Notes: generated by a model not told the origin, from the sequence alone. Shown: positions 25,758 to 35,019, counted from the first letter of the stretch. The stretch: DNA of 50,780 nt from an uncultured Candidatus Saccharibacteria bacterium (GCA_964426385.1 CAYRQF010000002.1:73037-123816); one strand, 5' to 3'. A program made the numbers and translations.

Positions 25758-26354
25758 ATGTATCTAATAGTAGGACTAGGTAATCCCGGAGAAAAATATG
25801 TTAAATCCCGTCACAATGTCGGATTTTTAGTTTTGCGTAATATTGTCGGTGATGATTGGACGAGTGAGAAAAGAGAGAAATCTCTTATTTCGCACGCGAG
25901 TATGCTTGATCAGGAGCTCTGCTATGTTATGCCTCAGACCTTCATGAATAATTCAGGTCTCGCGGTGAAGGTCCTCCAGAATAAATTCGGGGTATCTCCA
26001 GAGAATATTATTGTCATCCATGATGACATCGATTTACCATTTGGTACATGGAAGATCCACTACGCGCGCGGTGCTGGCGGACATAACGGAGTGCAGTCTA
26101 TTGTCGATCAGATAGGTACGAATGAGTTCGTGAGGGTCAAGGTTGGTATCGCACCGTCTGATAGCGATGGCAAAGCCATGAAGCCGAAGCCGGGAATATT
26201 TCAGAGTCAGAAAGCAGCGGTCGCGAAGTATGTACTCAAAGATTTTTCTAAAGGCGATCAAGAAAAGATAAAAGTTATGTCAAAGGATATTGAATCCGCC
26301 ATCGAAACCCTCATCAAAGACGGCCGAGAGAAGGCGATGAATCGATATAATTAG
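25758..26354 (+). CDS. pth: peptidyl-tRNA hydrolase
   Basis: LIVGLGNPGEKYVKSRHNVGF and HDDIDLPFG. Confidence 0.92.
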   Translation: MYLIVGLGNPGEKYVKSRHNVGFLVLRNIVGDDWTSEKREKSLISHASMLDQELCYVMPQTFMNNSGLAVKVLQNKFGVSPENIIVIHDDIDLPFGTWKIHYARGAGGHNGVQSIVDQIGTNEFVRVKVGIAPSDSDGKAMKPKPGIFQSQKAAVAKYVLKDFSKGDQEKIKVMSKDIESAIETLIKDGREKAMNRYN

Positions 26355-26387
26355 GTTGTAGGGAAATAGGTGATAGGTTATAGAAAA

Positions 26388-26418
26388 CAGAAAAGCCCCG
26401 TGAGGGGCTTTTCTGTTT
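26388..26418. terminator. bidirectional intrinsic terminator
   Basis: cagaaaagcccc-gtga-ggggcttttctg lies between convergent pth and rpsA. Confidence 0.7.
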
Positions 26419-26450
26419 CTTAAATTCTAAATCTTACTTCTTAAATATAT

Positions 26451-27524
26451 CTATTTATTCTCTACAAACGCGAGTGTCATCTTCTGATCTTTCGGTTCGA
26501 ATATGTTGATCTGGAAGTTATATGACTTGCCGAGCTCTAGAGCTTCACGAAGCTTCTCCTCAGTTCCAAAGCTTGAGTTGTGGACTAGTCCAGCAACACC
26601 ATCTTTGATAGAAACCAGTGCTCCATGCTTGTTGAACTTGATAACGACACCAGAGACGATGTCGCCCTTCTTGAGCTTGCCGTCGAACTCTGTCCAAGGG
26701 TTCTCCTTGAAGACCTTGAGTGATAGAGATATCTTACCGTCCTTGATCTCGATGATGCGAGCTTTAACTTTGTCACCAACCTTGAAAAGCTTTCTAGGGT
26801 CTTCGATTAGTCCCCAGTCGATCTCAGAAATATGAACGAGACCTTCTAGACCTTCTTCGATCTTGAGGAAGATACCGAAGTCTACGACTCCAGCAACCTC
26901 GCATTCGAGATCGTCACCTAGAGCATACTTGCTGACAGTTTCTTTGCGCTCTTCCTGGTTTGTAGCTTTCTCAGAGAAAACTAGTTTGTCCTCCTGAGGG
27001 TTGATAGAGATAACGATAACAGATAGTTTCTCACCGACGAATTTCTTGAGCTCGCCGAGGATCTTGTCCTTGTCAGAGCCTTCGACACGAGGGTAGTGCT
27101 CAGGCTTAAGCTGTGATGCAGGGAGGAATCCCTGGATACCACGCCATTCGATTATAAGTCCGCCTTTGTTCGCCTCTTTGACCGGGAGTTCTAGAACTTC
27201 CGCTTTCTTCATCGCTTCTTCTGCTTCTTTCCATACTAGAGCCTGACGAGCCTCCTTGAGAGAGAGCTCGGTGTATCCCTCGGCGTTTTGGACCTCGACG
27301 ATTTTCGCCTTGATCATGTCGCCGACGCGAATGTTCTTGATGATATCACGAGCATTGATATACTCGCGGCCGAAGATGAGTCCAGTACCGTATAGGCCGA
27401 GATCTATATATAGAGCCGCCTTCTTGAGTTCGATAACCTGTCCTTCGACTATCGATCCAGCATGGATAGCCAGAGTCGATTCTTCTAATGTTTTCTTCAA
27501 TTCTTCGCTTATCTGTGTTGTCAT
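26451..27524 (-). CDS. rpsA: 30S ribosomal protein S1 (short, four S1 domains)
   Basis: Four repeats of the S1 OB-fold pattern (G..V.G.V......G..V.L..G..G..H.S). Confidence 0.88.
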   Translation of the reverse strand: MTTQISEELKKTLEESTLAIHAGSIVEGQVIELKKAALYIDLGLYGTGLIFGREYINARDIIKNIRVGDMIKAKIVEVQNAEGYTELSLKEARQALVWKEAEEAMKKAEVLELPVKEANKGGLIIEWRGIQGFLPASQLKPEHYPRVEGSDKDKILGELKKFVGEKLSVIVISINPQEDKLVFSEKATNQEERKETVSKYALGDDLECEVAGVVDFGIFLKIEEGLEGLVHISEIDWGLIEDPRKLFKVGDKVKARIIEIKDGKISLSLKVFKENPWTEFDGKLKKGDIVSGVVIKFNKHGALVSIKDGVAGLVHNSSFGTEEKLREALELGKSYNFQINIFEPKDQKMTLAFVENK

Positions 27525-27765
27525 AAAAAATACCCGCTCTAATTAGCGGGCCCGCAATGGGTTCTCAGGTTTTATGGGTCCATATCAACTTGATATTTCG
27601 CCATAAGGTTAGCCTAGGAATCCAACTAATTAATGTAGGCATACTATTACAAAAAGTCTGAATTGTAAAGGTTGAGATACTCTGAATGTATTTCCACACG
27701 AATAATGAAAAATGAATATATTATAGGGTATAATTATATCGTTATTTTTAACTTCTATTTGTACT

Positions 27766-28131
27766 ATGAAAATCGACGCCCATTATTATACGAGAGCCAC
27801 ACAGAGCATCTTCATCGTGGCCGGAATACTGATGCTTTTCAGTTTTCCGTATTTTTTCAAGGAGTTTGAAGCGACAGCTCTCGCTCTCTGGCTCGTTATT
27901 ATTCTCCTAGCAATATTTGCGGGTCTCGCTGGCGGTGGCAATGCTTTGACTAGAAAGATAAATGTCGTTATAGCTGTCGGTGCGTTCGTTTTGTCGTCGT
28001 ATCGTGCCATAACTTTGTATTTCTCAGAAACCGAGGAGCCAGTAATGATATTTTCATTCTGGATATTACAGATACTCTCTTTACTATTTTTTCTCGCGAT
28101 ATATTTCAGTATCCGTGCTACACGTAAATAA
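27766..28131 (+). CDS. membrane protein, unknown function
   Basis: 121 aa with 4 TM segments. It ends 7 nt before the VirD4-like gene. Confidence 0.5.
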   Translation: MKIDAHYYTRATQSIFIVAGILMLFSFPYFFKEFEATALALWLVIILLAIFAGLAGGGNALTRKINVVIAVGAFVLSSYRAITLYFSETEEPVMIFSFWILQILSLLFFLAIYFSIRATRK

Positions 28132-28138
28132 TACATAG

Positions 28139-30094
28139 ATGAATCCCGATAACGTAACATATTTTGGAGAAACTGACTTCCGAGGTGAGAAACGTCGTTT
28201 CGGAATAAAGAACGAAGATCGTTCGAGGCATGTTTATGTTATCGGAAAGACGGGTATGGGTAAGTCGACACTACTCGAGAATATGGCCGCCCAAGATATC
28301 CAAAACGGAGAGGGAATGTGCTTCATCGACCCTCACGGTTCGGCCATCGACACATTGCTCGAGTATATCCCAGAGGATCGCATAAAAGACGTGGTGTATT
28401 TTGCGCCGTTTGATTCAGACTATCCTATCGCTTTTAACGTCATGGAAGATGTCGGTATCGACCAACGTCACCTCGTCGTGTCAGGACTCATGTCTGCATT
28501 CAAAAAGATTTGGGTAGATGCATGGTCTGCCAGAATGGAGCATATTTTAAACAACACTATCCTCGCGCTTCTCGAGTATCCTGGTTCGACCTTGCTATCT
28601 GTAAACCGAATGTATGCCGATAAAGGTTTCCGAGAGGAGGTGGTATCGAAAGTCAAAGATCCCGCAGTCAAAAGTTTCTGGAACGAAGAGTTCGCCAAAT
28701 GGGATGAAAGGTTCATGCGTGAAGCGACAGCCGCGATTCAGAACAAGGTTGGTCAATTCACCGCGAATCCTCTCATCAGGAATATCGTCGGACAGGCGAG
28801 ATCGAGTTTCGATCTCCGTGAGATGATGGATAACGGCAAGATATTCCTAGTGAACTTATCCAAAGGACGTATCGGTGAGCAGAATGCCGCACTTCTCGGC
28901 GCCATGATTGTGACCAAGATATATCTCGCAGCCATGTCTCGCGCAGAAGTCTCGAAGAACAACATGCGTGAGCTCCCACCGTTTTTTCTATTCGTCGACG
29001 AGTTCCAGAACTTCGCTAACGACTCATTCTCTGACATTCTCTCAGAAGCCCGTAAGTATAAACTGAACCTAACTATCGCTCATCAGTATATAGAACAGAT
29101 GGAAGAAGAAGTTCGCGATGCTGTGTTTGGTAACGTCGGTACGACGATATCATTTCGTGTGGGACCACTCGACGCTGAGGTGTTGGAGAAAGTATTTCTC
29201 CCTACTTTTACTGCAGAAGACATAGTCAATCTCGGTAAGTACCAGATATATTTGTCGCTTATGATTAACGGCGTCGGTTCCAAGCCTTTTTCTGCAACAA
29301 ATATGGCGCCACTCAAAAGAAAGAGTATCTCATATAGGACTGAAGTTATCGAGAATTCTAGGAGTCTCTACGCTCATTCTCGGGACGAAGTACAGGGTGG
29401 AATAGAGGCGTGGCACGGCACGCTTTTCGAAACAGGTAAGGATAAAAAGGAGCGGGAGAAGAAAGAGGCCTATATCGCGGAAAAAGCTGAGAAAGAGAAG
29501 CTTCTATACGGCGACAAGCCGAAGCCTACTGAACCCGCCAAGATTGTTATACCAACGGATATCATCAAGAAAGTTACAGAAAGTGCTGCCCCTCGAGAAG
29601 ACCGTAATGCCAATCCCTCTCAGAATCGTTCCAGTATGCCAAGCCAGCCTAGAAATGACAGGCCATCTGCAAGGCCCGATAACCAGAACAGGACTGCAGA
29701 GTCTCGCAGTAATACACCCGCTGACGCAAACAAGAGATTCTCTCAGAGTAAAATCCCAACAGAGAAAAACAAATCTTTACTAAAGGACGTCTTGTCCAAG
29801 GCTCTACAGAAGCCCACAAGTCAGCCAGTTGCTTCTCCTCAGAATATAAATATTCATGTCGAGCAGAAGAATATCAACGTTGAGGTGAATCGTCCTCAGT
29901 CAATTACAGACATCAAGCAGACTCCCGTTATAAAGACGGAAGTTTCGGAAGTGCAGGAGAAAGAAAAAGCAGAAACTACCTTTATTCCACGGCCAAAGCA
30001 GGCAGAACCTACACCTCCGCCGAATCAGGATAGTGGAGAGAAGAAAAAACCGAGAGAAATACCAGAAGATATTTTAAAGCAAATATTAGAATAA
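28139..30094 (+). CDS. VirD4/TraD/TraG-like coupling-protein-family ATPase (soluble) with a long disordered C-terminal tail
   Basis: Walker A GKTGMGKST, Walker B FFLFVDEFQNF, and LSEARKYKLNLTIAHQYIEQM resembling the TraG/TraD C-terminal module. No N-terminal TM helices. The last ~230 aa are K/P/Q/E/N-rich low complexity. Confidence 0.7.
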   Translation: MNPDNVTYFGETDFRGEKRRFGIKNEDRSRHVYVIGKTGMGKSTLLENMAAQDIQNGEGMCFIDPHGSAIDTLLEYIPEDRIKDVVYFAPFDSDYPIAFNVMEDVGIDQRHLVVSGLMSAFKKIWVDAWSARMEHILNNTILALLEYPGSTLLSVNRMYADKGFREEVVSKVKDPAVKSFWNEEFAKWDERFMREATAAIQNKVGQFTANPLIRNIVGQARSSFDLREMMDNGKIFLVNLSKGRIGEQNAALLGAMIVTKIYLAAMSRAEVSKNNMRELPPFFLFVDEFQNFANDSFSDILSEARKYKLNLTIAHQYIEQMEEEVRDAVFGNVGTTISFRVGPLDAEVLEKVFLPTFTAEDIVNLGKYQIYLSLMINGVGSKPFSATNMAPLKRKSISYRTEVIENSRSLYAHSRDEVQGGIEAWHGTLFETGKDKKEREKKEAYIAEKAEKEKLLYGDKPKPTEPAKIVIPTDIIKKVTESAAPREDRNANPSQNRSSMPSQPRNDRPSARPDNQNRTAESRSNTPADANKRFSQSKIPTEKNKSLLKDVLSKALQKPTSQPVASPQNINIHVEQKNINVEVNRPQSITDIKQTPVIKTEVSEVQEKEKAETTFIPRPKQAEPTPPPNQDSGEKKKPREIPEDILKQILE

Positions 30095-30110
30095 TTAATT
30101 TTATTTTCGT

Positions 30111-31592
30111 ATGAGTAAGAAAATATTTTACAAAGCGTTGTTCGTTGTTGCTTTTTTGCTGGGTCCAAAGTTTGTCGGTGCGGAAATTATGATTACGGAG
30201 GTGGCTTGGATGGGGACTGCTGCTTCAGCCAACGATGAATGGCTGGAGCTCTATAATGACGGCTCAAGCCCCGTGAATCTCTCGGGTTGGAGTATCGTTT
30301 CCGCGGACGGTACTCCGAGCATTAATCTCTCGGGCACTCTACCGGCAGGAGCGTACGGTCTGGTTGAGAGGACTGACGACACTACATATCCAGGCATAAC
30401 AGCGTTACATATTTTTACTGGCGCTTTCGGGAACGAAGGTGAGAATTTGTCGCTTAAAAACGGAGGAGTTACCGCGCAGACTTTGGCATTTGCAGGCGGT
30501 TGGCCTGCTGGAGATGTTACGACTAAACATACGATGCAGTGGAACGGGTCTAGTTGGATAACTGGCGCAGAGTCAGCAGGTGGTCCAACAACGGCGACAG
30601 GAGAAGGGGATGACGATGACGATACTGAGGGAGATGACGACGATACTACCGGCGACGATGATACAACAGGGGATGACGACACTACTGCCGATGATGATAC
30701 TTCGGGCGACGACGATGATTCAGAGAATTCGAGTTCTAAATCAAGTGTCAAGGCGGGTCCCGTCAGAAAAGTCTATGATGACATGATATTTGAGCTTGAT
30801 TTTCCGAAGCGTGCTATTGCTGGAAGTCCTGCGCACTTCAAAGCGCAAGCGCTAGATTTTGATCGGACGCCGATGTTCCAGGGAACATATATGTTCAATA
30901 TGGGAGACGGTACGATACGTACATATACTAGAGATTTTAATAAAGATGAAGAAGGTTTCATGCATACGTACGATCATCCAGGGTCATATCTCATCAAGAT
31001 CAAATACTATAGAACATATTTCGAAGGAGTTGATCCTGAAGTGGACGACACTTTTACCATAGAAGTGAGTGCTCCGACTGTGTCAATCGCCGGAGTGCAC
31101 CCGGATGGCAGTATAGAGATGAAGAATAGCTCGTCGAACGAGATTGATATATCGGGATGGAGGCTTCGAGACGCTACAGGTAAGAGCTTCGATATTCCCG
31201 AAGACACCATAGTGCTTGCGGGCAAATCCATGACCCTCTCAGTAAAGAGAACAAAACTCTCACCCCAGAGCGGAGTTAGTCTCTACACTCCGACTGGTGT
31301 ACAGGCCACAGTTTGGAGCCCTGTTGCTCTAAAAGTAGCTCGTGTCGTTGTTCCAGCTTCGAAGAGAGAAGCGGTAGAGCCAACAGGTGAAGTGCTAGGT
31401 ATATCTGACACCCTGATCTCGACCAGAGAAGCGTCGGTCCTCGAGGAACCGCTCGTATCGAAAGATAAGAATCAGCAGGGACTTATATTTACACTTTTGT
31501 TTATTATCCTAGTGCTCATATCTGTCATAGCAGTAATGTTCCTACAAAAAAGCGAAAAACCCGTAAATGAATACGAGCTTATCGACGAGTAA
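30111..31592 (+). CDS. surface protein with two lamin-tail-like domains, an Asp-rich repeat linker and a C-terminal TM anchor
   Basis: ITEVAWMGTAASANDEWLELYNDGSSPVNLSGWSI (LTD pattern). A second LTD-like unit is SIEMKNSSSNEIDISGWRLRD. N-terminal signal and C-terminal LIFTLLFIILVLISVIAVMFL. Confidence 0.72.
   Translation: MSKKIFYKALFVVAFLLGPKFVGAEIMITEVAWMGTAASANDEWLELYNDGSSPVNLSGWSIVSADGTPSINLSGTLPAGAYGLVERTDDTTYPGITALHIFTGAFGNEGENLSLKNGGVTAQTLAFAGGWPAGDVTTKHTMQWNGSSWITGAESAGGPTTATGEGDDDDDTEGDDDDTTGDDDTTGDDDTTADDDTSGDDDDSENSSSKSSVKAGPVRKVYDDMIFELDFPKRAIAGSPAHFKAQALDFDRTPMFQGTYMFNMGDGTIRTYTRDFNKDEEGFMHTYDHPGSYLIKIKYYRTYFEGVDPEVDDTFTIEVSAPTVSIAGVHPDGSIEMKNSSSNEIDISGWRLRDATGKSFDIPEDTIVLAGKSMTLSVKRTKLSPQSGVSLYTPTGVQATVWSPVALKVARVVVPASKREAVEPTGEVLGISDTLISTREASVLEEPLVSKDKNQQGLIFTLLFIILVLISVIAVMFLQKSEKPVNEYELIDE
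30604..30722 (+). repeat. in-frame Asp-codon tandem repeat (about 21-nt / 7-aa units)
   Basis: Encodes GDDDDDTEGDDDDTTGDDDTTGDDDTTADDDTSGDDDDSE. Confidence 0.8.
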
Positions 31593-31623
31593 ACCCTCTC
31601 TGAAACTTGGTGTGCGGGTAAAT

Positions 31624-32025
31624 TTATTTAACGCTTGCAGAAGCTTCGGCCTTTTGGTTATTTCTCTCAACTTCTAGAGCTTTTTGAGCTAGGTCTAGAT
31701 CTCTAAGTTTCTTGTAAGTTTCTATCTCTGAAGCGATGCGATTCACGGCCTGGGCGAGAGATAGTGCTTCTTTGAAACGTCCGCGATCGAGCTTGTCCTC
31801 AGCTTCACGTAGAAGTCTTTTTGCCTCGACGATTTTCGCATCGATATCGAATTCTGGTTGATCCGTGATCGTAACCTCTGTCTCCACTACCGTTTGAATC
31901 GGTTCTATTATTTTCGTGACTTCTTTTGTGTCTATTATTTTAGATACAGGTACCTCTATGACGGCAGTCGCAGGAGCATTCGTTTCTTCTGTGGGTACTA
32001 CGACAGGTGTATATATGACAGACAT
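31624..32025 (-). CDS. coiled-coil protein, unknown function (last gene of the ECF sigma operon)
   Basis: 133 aa. Its start directly abuts the stop of 32026..32907. Confidence 0.5.
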   Translation of the reverse strand: MSVIYTPVVVPTEETNAPATAVIEVPVSKIIDTKEVTKIIEPIQTVVETEVTITDQPEFDIDAKIVEAKRLLREAEDKLDRGRFKEALSLAQAVNRIASEIETYKKLRDLDLAQKALEVERNNQKAEASASVK

Positions 32026-32907
32026 CTAGAGCTCGCGAGCTTCATCTATTTGAGCTATCTTATCCTTGGCTGTTCTGATGCGTGATTTTACAATCTTTTC
32101 GAGATCTTCGTTTATTTCTGCGATGTCATTCTCAGCTTGTTCGAAGAACTCGGTCTCGGCCGGATCTGAAACCTTCATCATCATAGTGGTAGCGGTAGAC
32201 ATGTCTACATCGTCGTCTTCGACAGATGCGATAATAGAATTTTCAGAGTCCTCGACTTCGCGGATACTGTCCTCGACACGGGCTATAAGCACATCTGTGT
32301 TCTCGTGATTCTTGTTATTCTCACCCTCGGTATCTTCTAGTATTTCCTTGTGTGCTTCGAGTACGGGAGTGAGGTTAGAAGTCGTTTCGAGGGCGAGCTC
32401 TAGGTTACCCTCTTCTCGGAGATTCTCGATGTCCTCGGCGAGGTTATCTATGTGCTCTTCGAGCTTCTTCTCCACCACCATCTGGAGTTCTGGAGAAAGC
32501 TTGTTCTCCTTGTCGAGCGTCTGCGCTTCGACGAGACGACGTTCGACTTTCTTCGAGTTCACGACGGCGCGGGCTTCTGGACTCATGGCTAGAGTACTCT
32601 CGATACCTTCGTTAACGTTCACTTTGACACTGTATAGTTTGTCTCCAGGGAGTGCACTAGATGCGGCGAGAGATACTCCTGATCCACCAGCGACTACGGC
32701 TATGATAAGAACAAGAGAGGCCGCCTTGGCGAAGTATCTAACTTCAAATATAGAAATAGAGCTACGTTCACGTAGAACGGGCATTTTGCCTCGTATTGGG
32801 TTATAAGATATGAATTCCATTATCCTAGAACGTAGAAGACTTCTCTCCGTATCGGATAGCTTTTCTCGTTTGGCATTTTTTATGAAATTTTTGAATTCTT
32901 TTTTCAT
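32026..32907 (-). CDS. single-pass membrane protein, putative anti-sigma factor (DUF5667-like)
   Basis: Short cytoplasmic N-terminus, one TM segment (ASLVLIIAVVAGGSGV), and a helical acidic ectodomain. It lies immediately downstream of the ECF sigma gene. Confidence 0.55.
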   Translation of the reverse strand: MKKEFKNFIKNAKREKLSDTERSLLRSRIMEFISYNPIRGKMPVLRERSSISIFEVRYFAKAASLVLIIAVVAGGSGVSLAASSALPGDKLYSVKVNVNEGIESTLAMSPEARAVVNSKKVERRLVEAQTLDKENKLSPELQMVVEKKLEEHIDNLAEDIENLREEGNLELALETTSNLTPVLEAHKEILEDTEGENNKNHENTDVLIARVEDSIREVEDSENSIIASVEDDDVDMSTATTMMMKVSDPAETEFFEQAENDIAEINEDLEKIVKSRIRTAKDKIAQIDEAREL

Positions 32908-32915
32908 TTTCTTTT

Positions 32916-33437
32916 CTAAAGTTCGTAGAAGTCTTTGAGTACGAGTTTCATCTTGTCTATCGACCGGTGAATCTTGACTGAGACATTGTTCGGGGTCAGG
33001 TCGGTAGCTTCGGCGATTTCTTTGATACTCATCTCGTTCACGTATCGCATGGTTAGTATCTCGCGAGCATCTGGATCAAGTTTCTCGAGCTGGCTCAACA
33101 CGAACTGTCTATCAAACTTGTTCGTGGCATCCTCACTTTCGTCACCTTCAGAGAATTCGATACCAGTCTCGGTGATGGCGTCTAGGGAGTAGCTCTTCTT
33201 CTTGCGTCGGTAGTCGATGATTAGGTTCTTGGCGACTTTGTATAAAAAGGCTTTGACATTGTCGACTTCGTTACCGCCTTGGAGATAGCTCCAAGTTTTC
33301 ATGAAAGTGTCCTGGACCAGGTCTAGGGCGACCTCTCGATTCGAGGTCTGGAAGTGGCAATAGCGTAAAATGGCGTCCGAGTGCTCTTCGTAGCTTTTCA
33401 TGAAAATCGCTTGAATTTTCGTATGTTCCTCTGCCAT
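32916..33437 (-). CDS. ECF-type sigma-70 family RNA polymerase sigma factor
   Basis: Region 2 LDLVQDTFMKTW and region 4 HTH MSIKEIAEATDLTPNNVSVKIHRS. Confidence 0.85.
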   Translation of the reverse strand: MAEEHTKIQAIFMKSYEEHSDAILRYCHFQTSNREVALDLVQDTFMKTWSYLQGGNEVDNVKAFLYKVAKNLIIDYRRKKKSYSLDAITETGIEFSEGDESEDATNKFDRQFVLSQLEKLDPDAREILTMRYVNEMSIKEIAEATDLTPNNVSVKIHRSIDKMKLVLKDFYEL

Positions 33438-33572
33438 ATAAGACGCTTTGCAAGGGTTTTCCTTACAGGGGCTATCCTAGCATAACAGAGCCCGGAAACC
33501 TTGTAAAATAGAGCCTTTTATGGTTATATTTGGCCAGATTCTTTGAGTTAAACCCTTTAACTACGATCCCAG

Positions 33573-34364
33573 ATGGGCACAACCCTACGTAGAGTATCGC
33601 GGGCCTATCTTGAGGTTCCGGCGAAGACAGATGGAGGCAAGTCACACCCTCTTCTGATGATTGCAGCTCTTAACCGGCTTTTGTCAGCCAAGCTGATGTT
33701 CATACCTAACACCAAGCTCGTTGACTGTTGCCACGCTTCAGTGTCGGGACTTTTTGACGAGTCGCGAGATAAGGCAAGGCGCCTGCTCGATAGCCTTGGC
33801 ATCAATTACGAAAATGGAAGAGTTGTGGCCTTTGAGCTAATAGTGAGTTTGCAGTTTCCGCTAGAAAAGCTGAAGCTCTTTATCGACTCGGAAGTCTATG
33901 GCCGGATTCTTCGCAATCCTGAATACCACGAAGAGGAGGTAGAGCAGGAAGAAGATTACGAGGCGTTGTTGGCCATGCCAGTGATTACTCGCAGACTTGG
34001 ATTGTGGGTCAAGACCCTGCTCTATAGGGCGCGCATAGCGCATACGCTCTCTAGTACTGGAAAGTATGTCGTGGGTGACAGGGTTTTCAGGATCTATGTC
34101 GGTAACGAGGAAGACAGAGCGCGGGCGCGGAGTATTTTCTTAGAGGCTGGTTTTGCTTTTGAGTGCGGCCAGCCTAGGAGCAAGAGAGAGGAAATTAGCG
34201 CTAATTTTTACTTCAAGCGCGCCAACCCAGACTTTAGACTCCTCTCGCAGGTCTTACCAGACTGGAAGAACCCGAAGTCTGTCTACAGATCACGGCGTGC
34301 AGTTTCGATCAAGTCCCGTGACGGTCAGAGGGTTAGTGCGACCAGGCATAAGAAGAACTACTAG
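33573..34364 (+). CDS. hypothetical protein (orphan, GC-richer cassette)
   Basis: 263-aa ORF with a possible TTGTAA-N17/18-TATATT promoter at 33501-33530 and a GC-stem terminator. I recognise no motif. Confidence 0.5.
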   Translation: MGTTLRRVSRAYLEVPAKTDGGKSHPLLMIAALNRLLSAKLMFIPNTKLVDCCHASVSGLFDESRDKARRLLDSLGINYENGRVVAFELIVSLQFPLEKLKLFIDSEVYGRILRNPEYHEEEVEQEEDYEALLAMPVITRRLGLWVKTLLYRARIAHTLSSTGKYVVGDRVFRIYVGNEEDRARARSIFLEAGFAFECGQPRSKREEISANFYFKRANPDFRLLSQVLPDWKNPKSVYRSRRAVSIKSRDGQRVSATRHKKNY

Positions 34365-34382
34365 TCCTTTGTGTCGCAGGAT

Positions 34383-34408
34383 GAAGCCCCGGTCCGCCGG
34401 GGTTTCGT
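34383..34408. terminator. bidirectional intrinsic terminator
   Basis: aagccccgg-tccg-ccggggttt. Confidence 0.6.
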
Positions 34409-34409
34409 G

Positions 34410-34982
34410 CTATCTAGCTCTAATCTTTTTTAGAATAAATGGAATCTTTTTGAAATCTTCTGTGAGAGTTGCTCGCATGCTTCCATTATAGAGCGCGGCA
34501 GCTGGGTGATAGAGAGGGAAGAAGTATTCTGTATCGATACCATTAATTTTTTTTTGCATCAGTTTCCCATGCACTTCGGAAATTTTGTCGCTAGGGAAGA
34601 ATCTATTCATGGCGTGGCGACCCAGGGGGATTATGAGAAGTGGTTTTATGAAGTTCAGTTCCTCCATAAGCCATGGCAGACAGTCAGCTATCTCATCTGG
34701 TTCTGGGTCCCTGTTATCTGGTGGACGATACTTCACGGTATTTGTTATGTATACATCCTCACGTTTCATTTTGATAGTTTCGAGCATCTCGGATAGGAAC
34801 TTGCCGGAACGCCCGATGAATGGCTTGCCCTGGAGATCCTCTTCTTTGCCAGGAGCTTCGCCGATGAAAACTATTTTTGCCAATGGGTTACCATCGCCAA
34901 AGACGGGTTGAGTCGCCAGAGGCTTTAGTTTGCATTTGTTCTTCTTGTGCCATTTTTGGTGGATATCTTGGAGGGTTTGCAT
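34410..34982 (-). CDS. uracil-DNA glycosylase, family 4
   Basis: GEAPGKEEDLQGKPFIGRSGKFL and LYHPAAAL motifs. Confidence 0.88.
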   Translation of the reverse strand: MQTLQDIHQKWHKKNKCKLKPLATQPVFGDGNPLAKIVFIGEAPGKEEDLQGKPFIGRSGKFLSEMLETIKMKREDVYITNTVKYRPPDNRDPEPDEIADCLPWLMEELNFIKPLLIIPLGRHAMNRFFPSDKISEVHGKLMQKKINGIDTEYFFPLYHPAAALYNGSMRATLTEDFKKIPFILKKIRAR

Positions 34983-35019
34983 GTGGTAATTCTATTATAC
35001 TTCTGCTAATATTTCACCC

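Noticed and set aside
26417-26450. AT-rich motif TTCTTAAAT(T/C)CTAA...CTTAAAT shared with 41797-41836, as a possible third repeat family
   Set aside because: There are only two short, low-complexity AT-rich copies, both following T-runs of terminators. That is too little information to separate from chance in AT-rich spacers.
27525-27765. 240-nt rpsA upstream region as a riboswitch or small RNA
   Set aside because: It contains a plausible TTTACA-17-TAGTAT promoter and a leader with two small hairpins (atatcaa/ttgatat, cccgct/agcggg). I recognise no known riboswitch core. It is probably an ordinary, possibly S1-autoregulated, leader plus the divergent promoter of 27766.
30251-30751. 166-aa minus-strand ORF rich in Ser/Pro/Val
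   Set aside because: It is the reverse-complement reading of the Asp-codon repeat and LTD region. It is a low-complexity artefact.
32312-32806. 164-aa + strand Ser-rich ORF (and 32066..32308)
   Set aside because: It is antisense to the Glu-rich anti-sigma-like gene, whose position in the ECF operon supports the minus strand.
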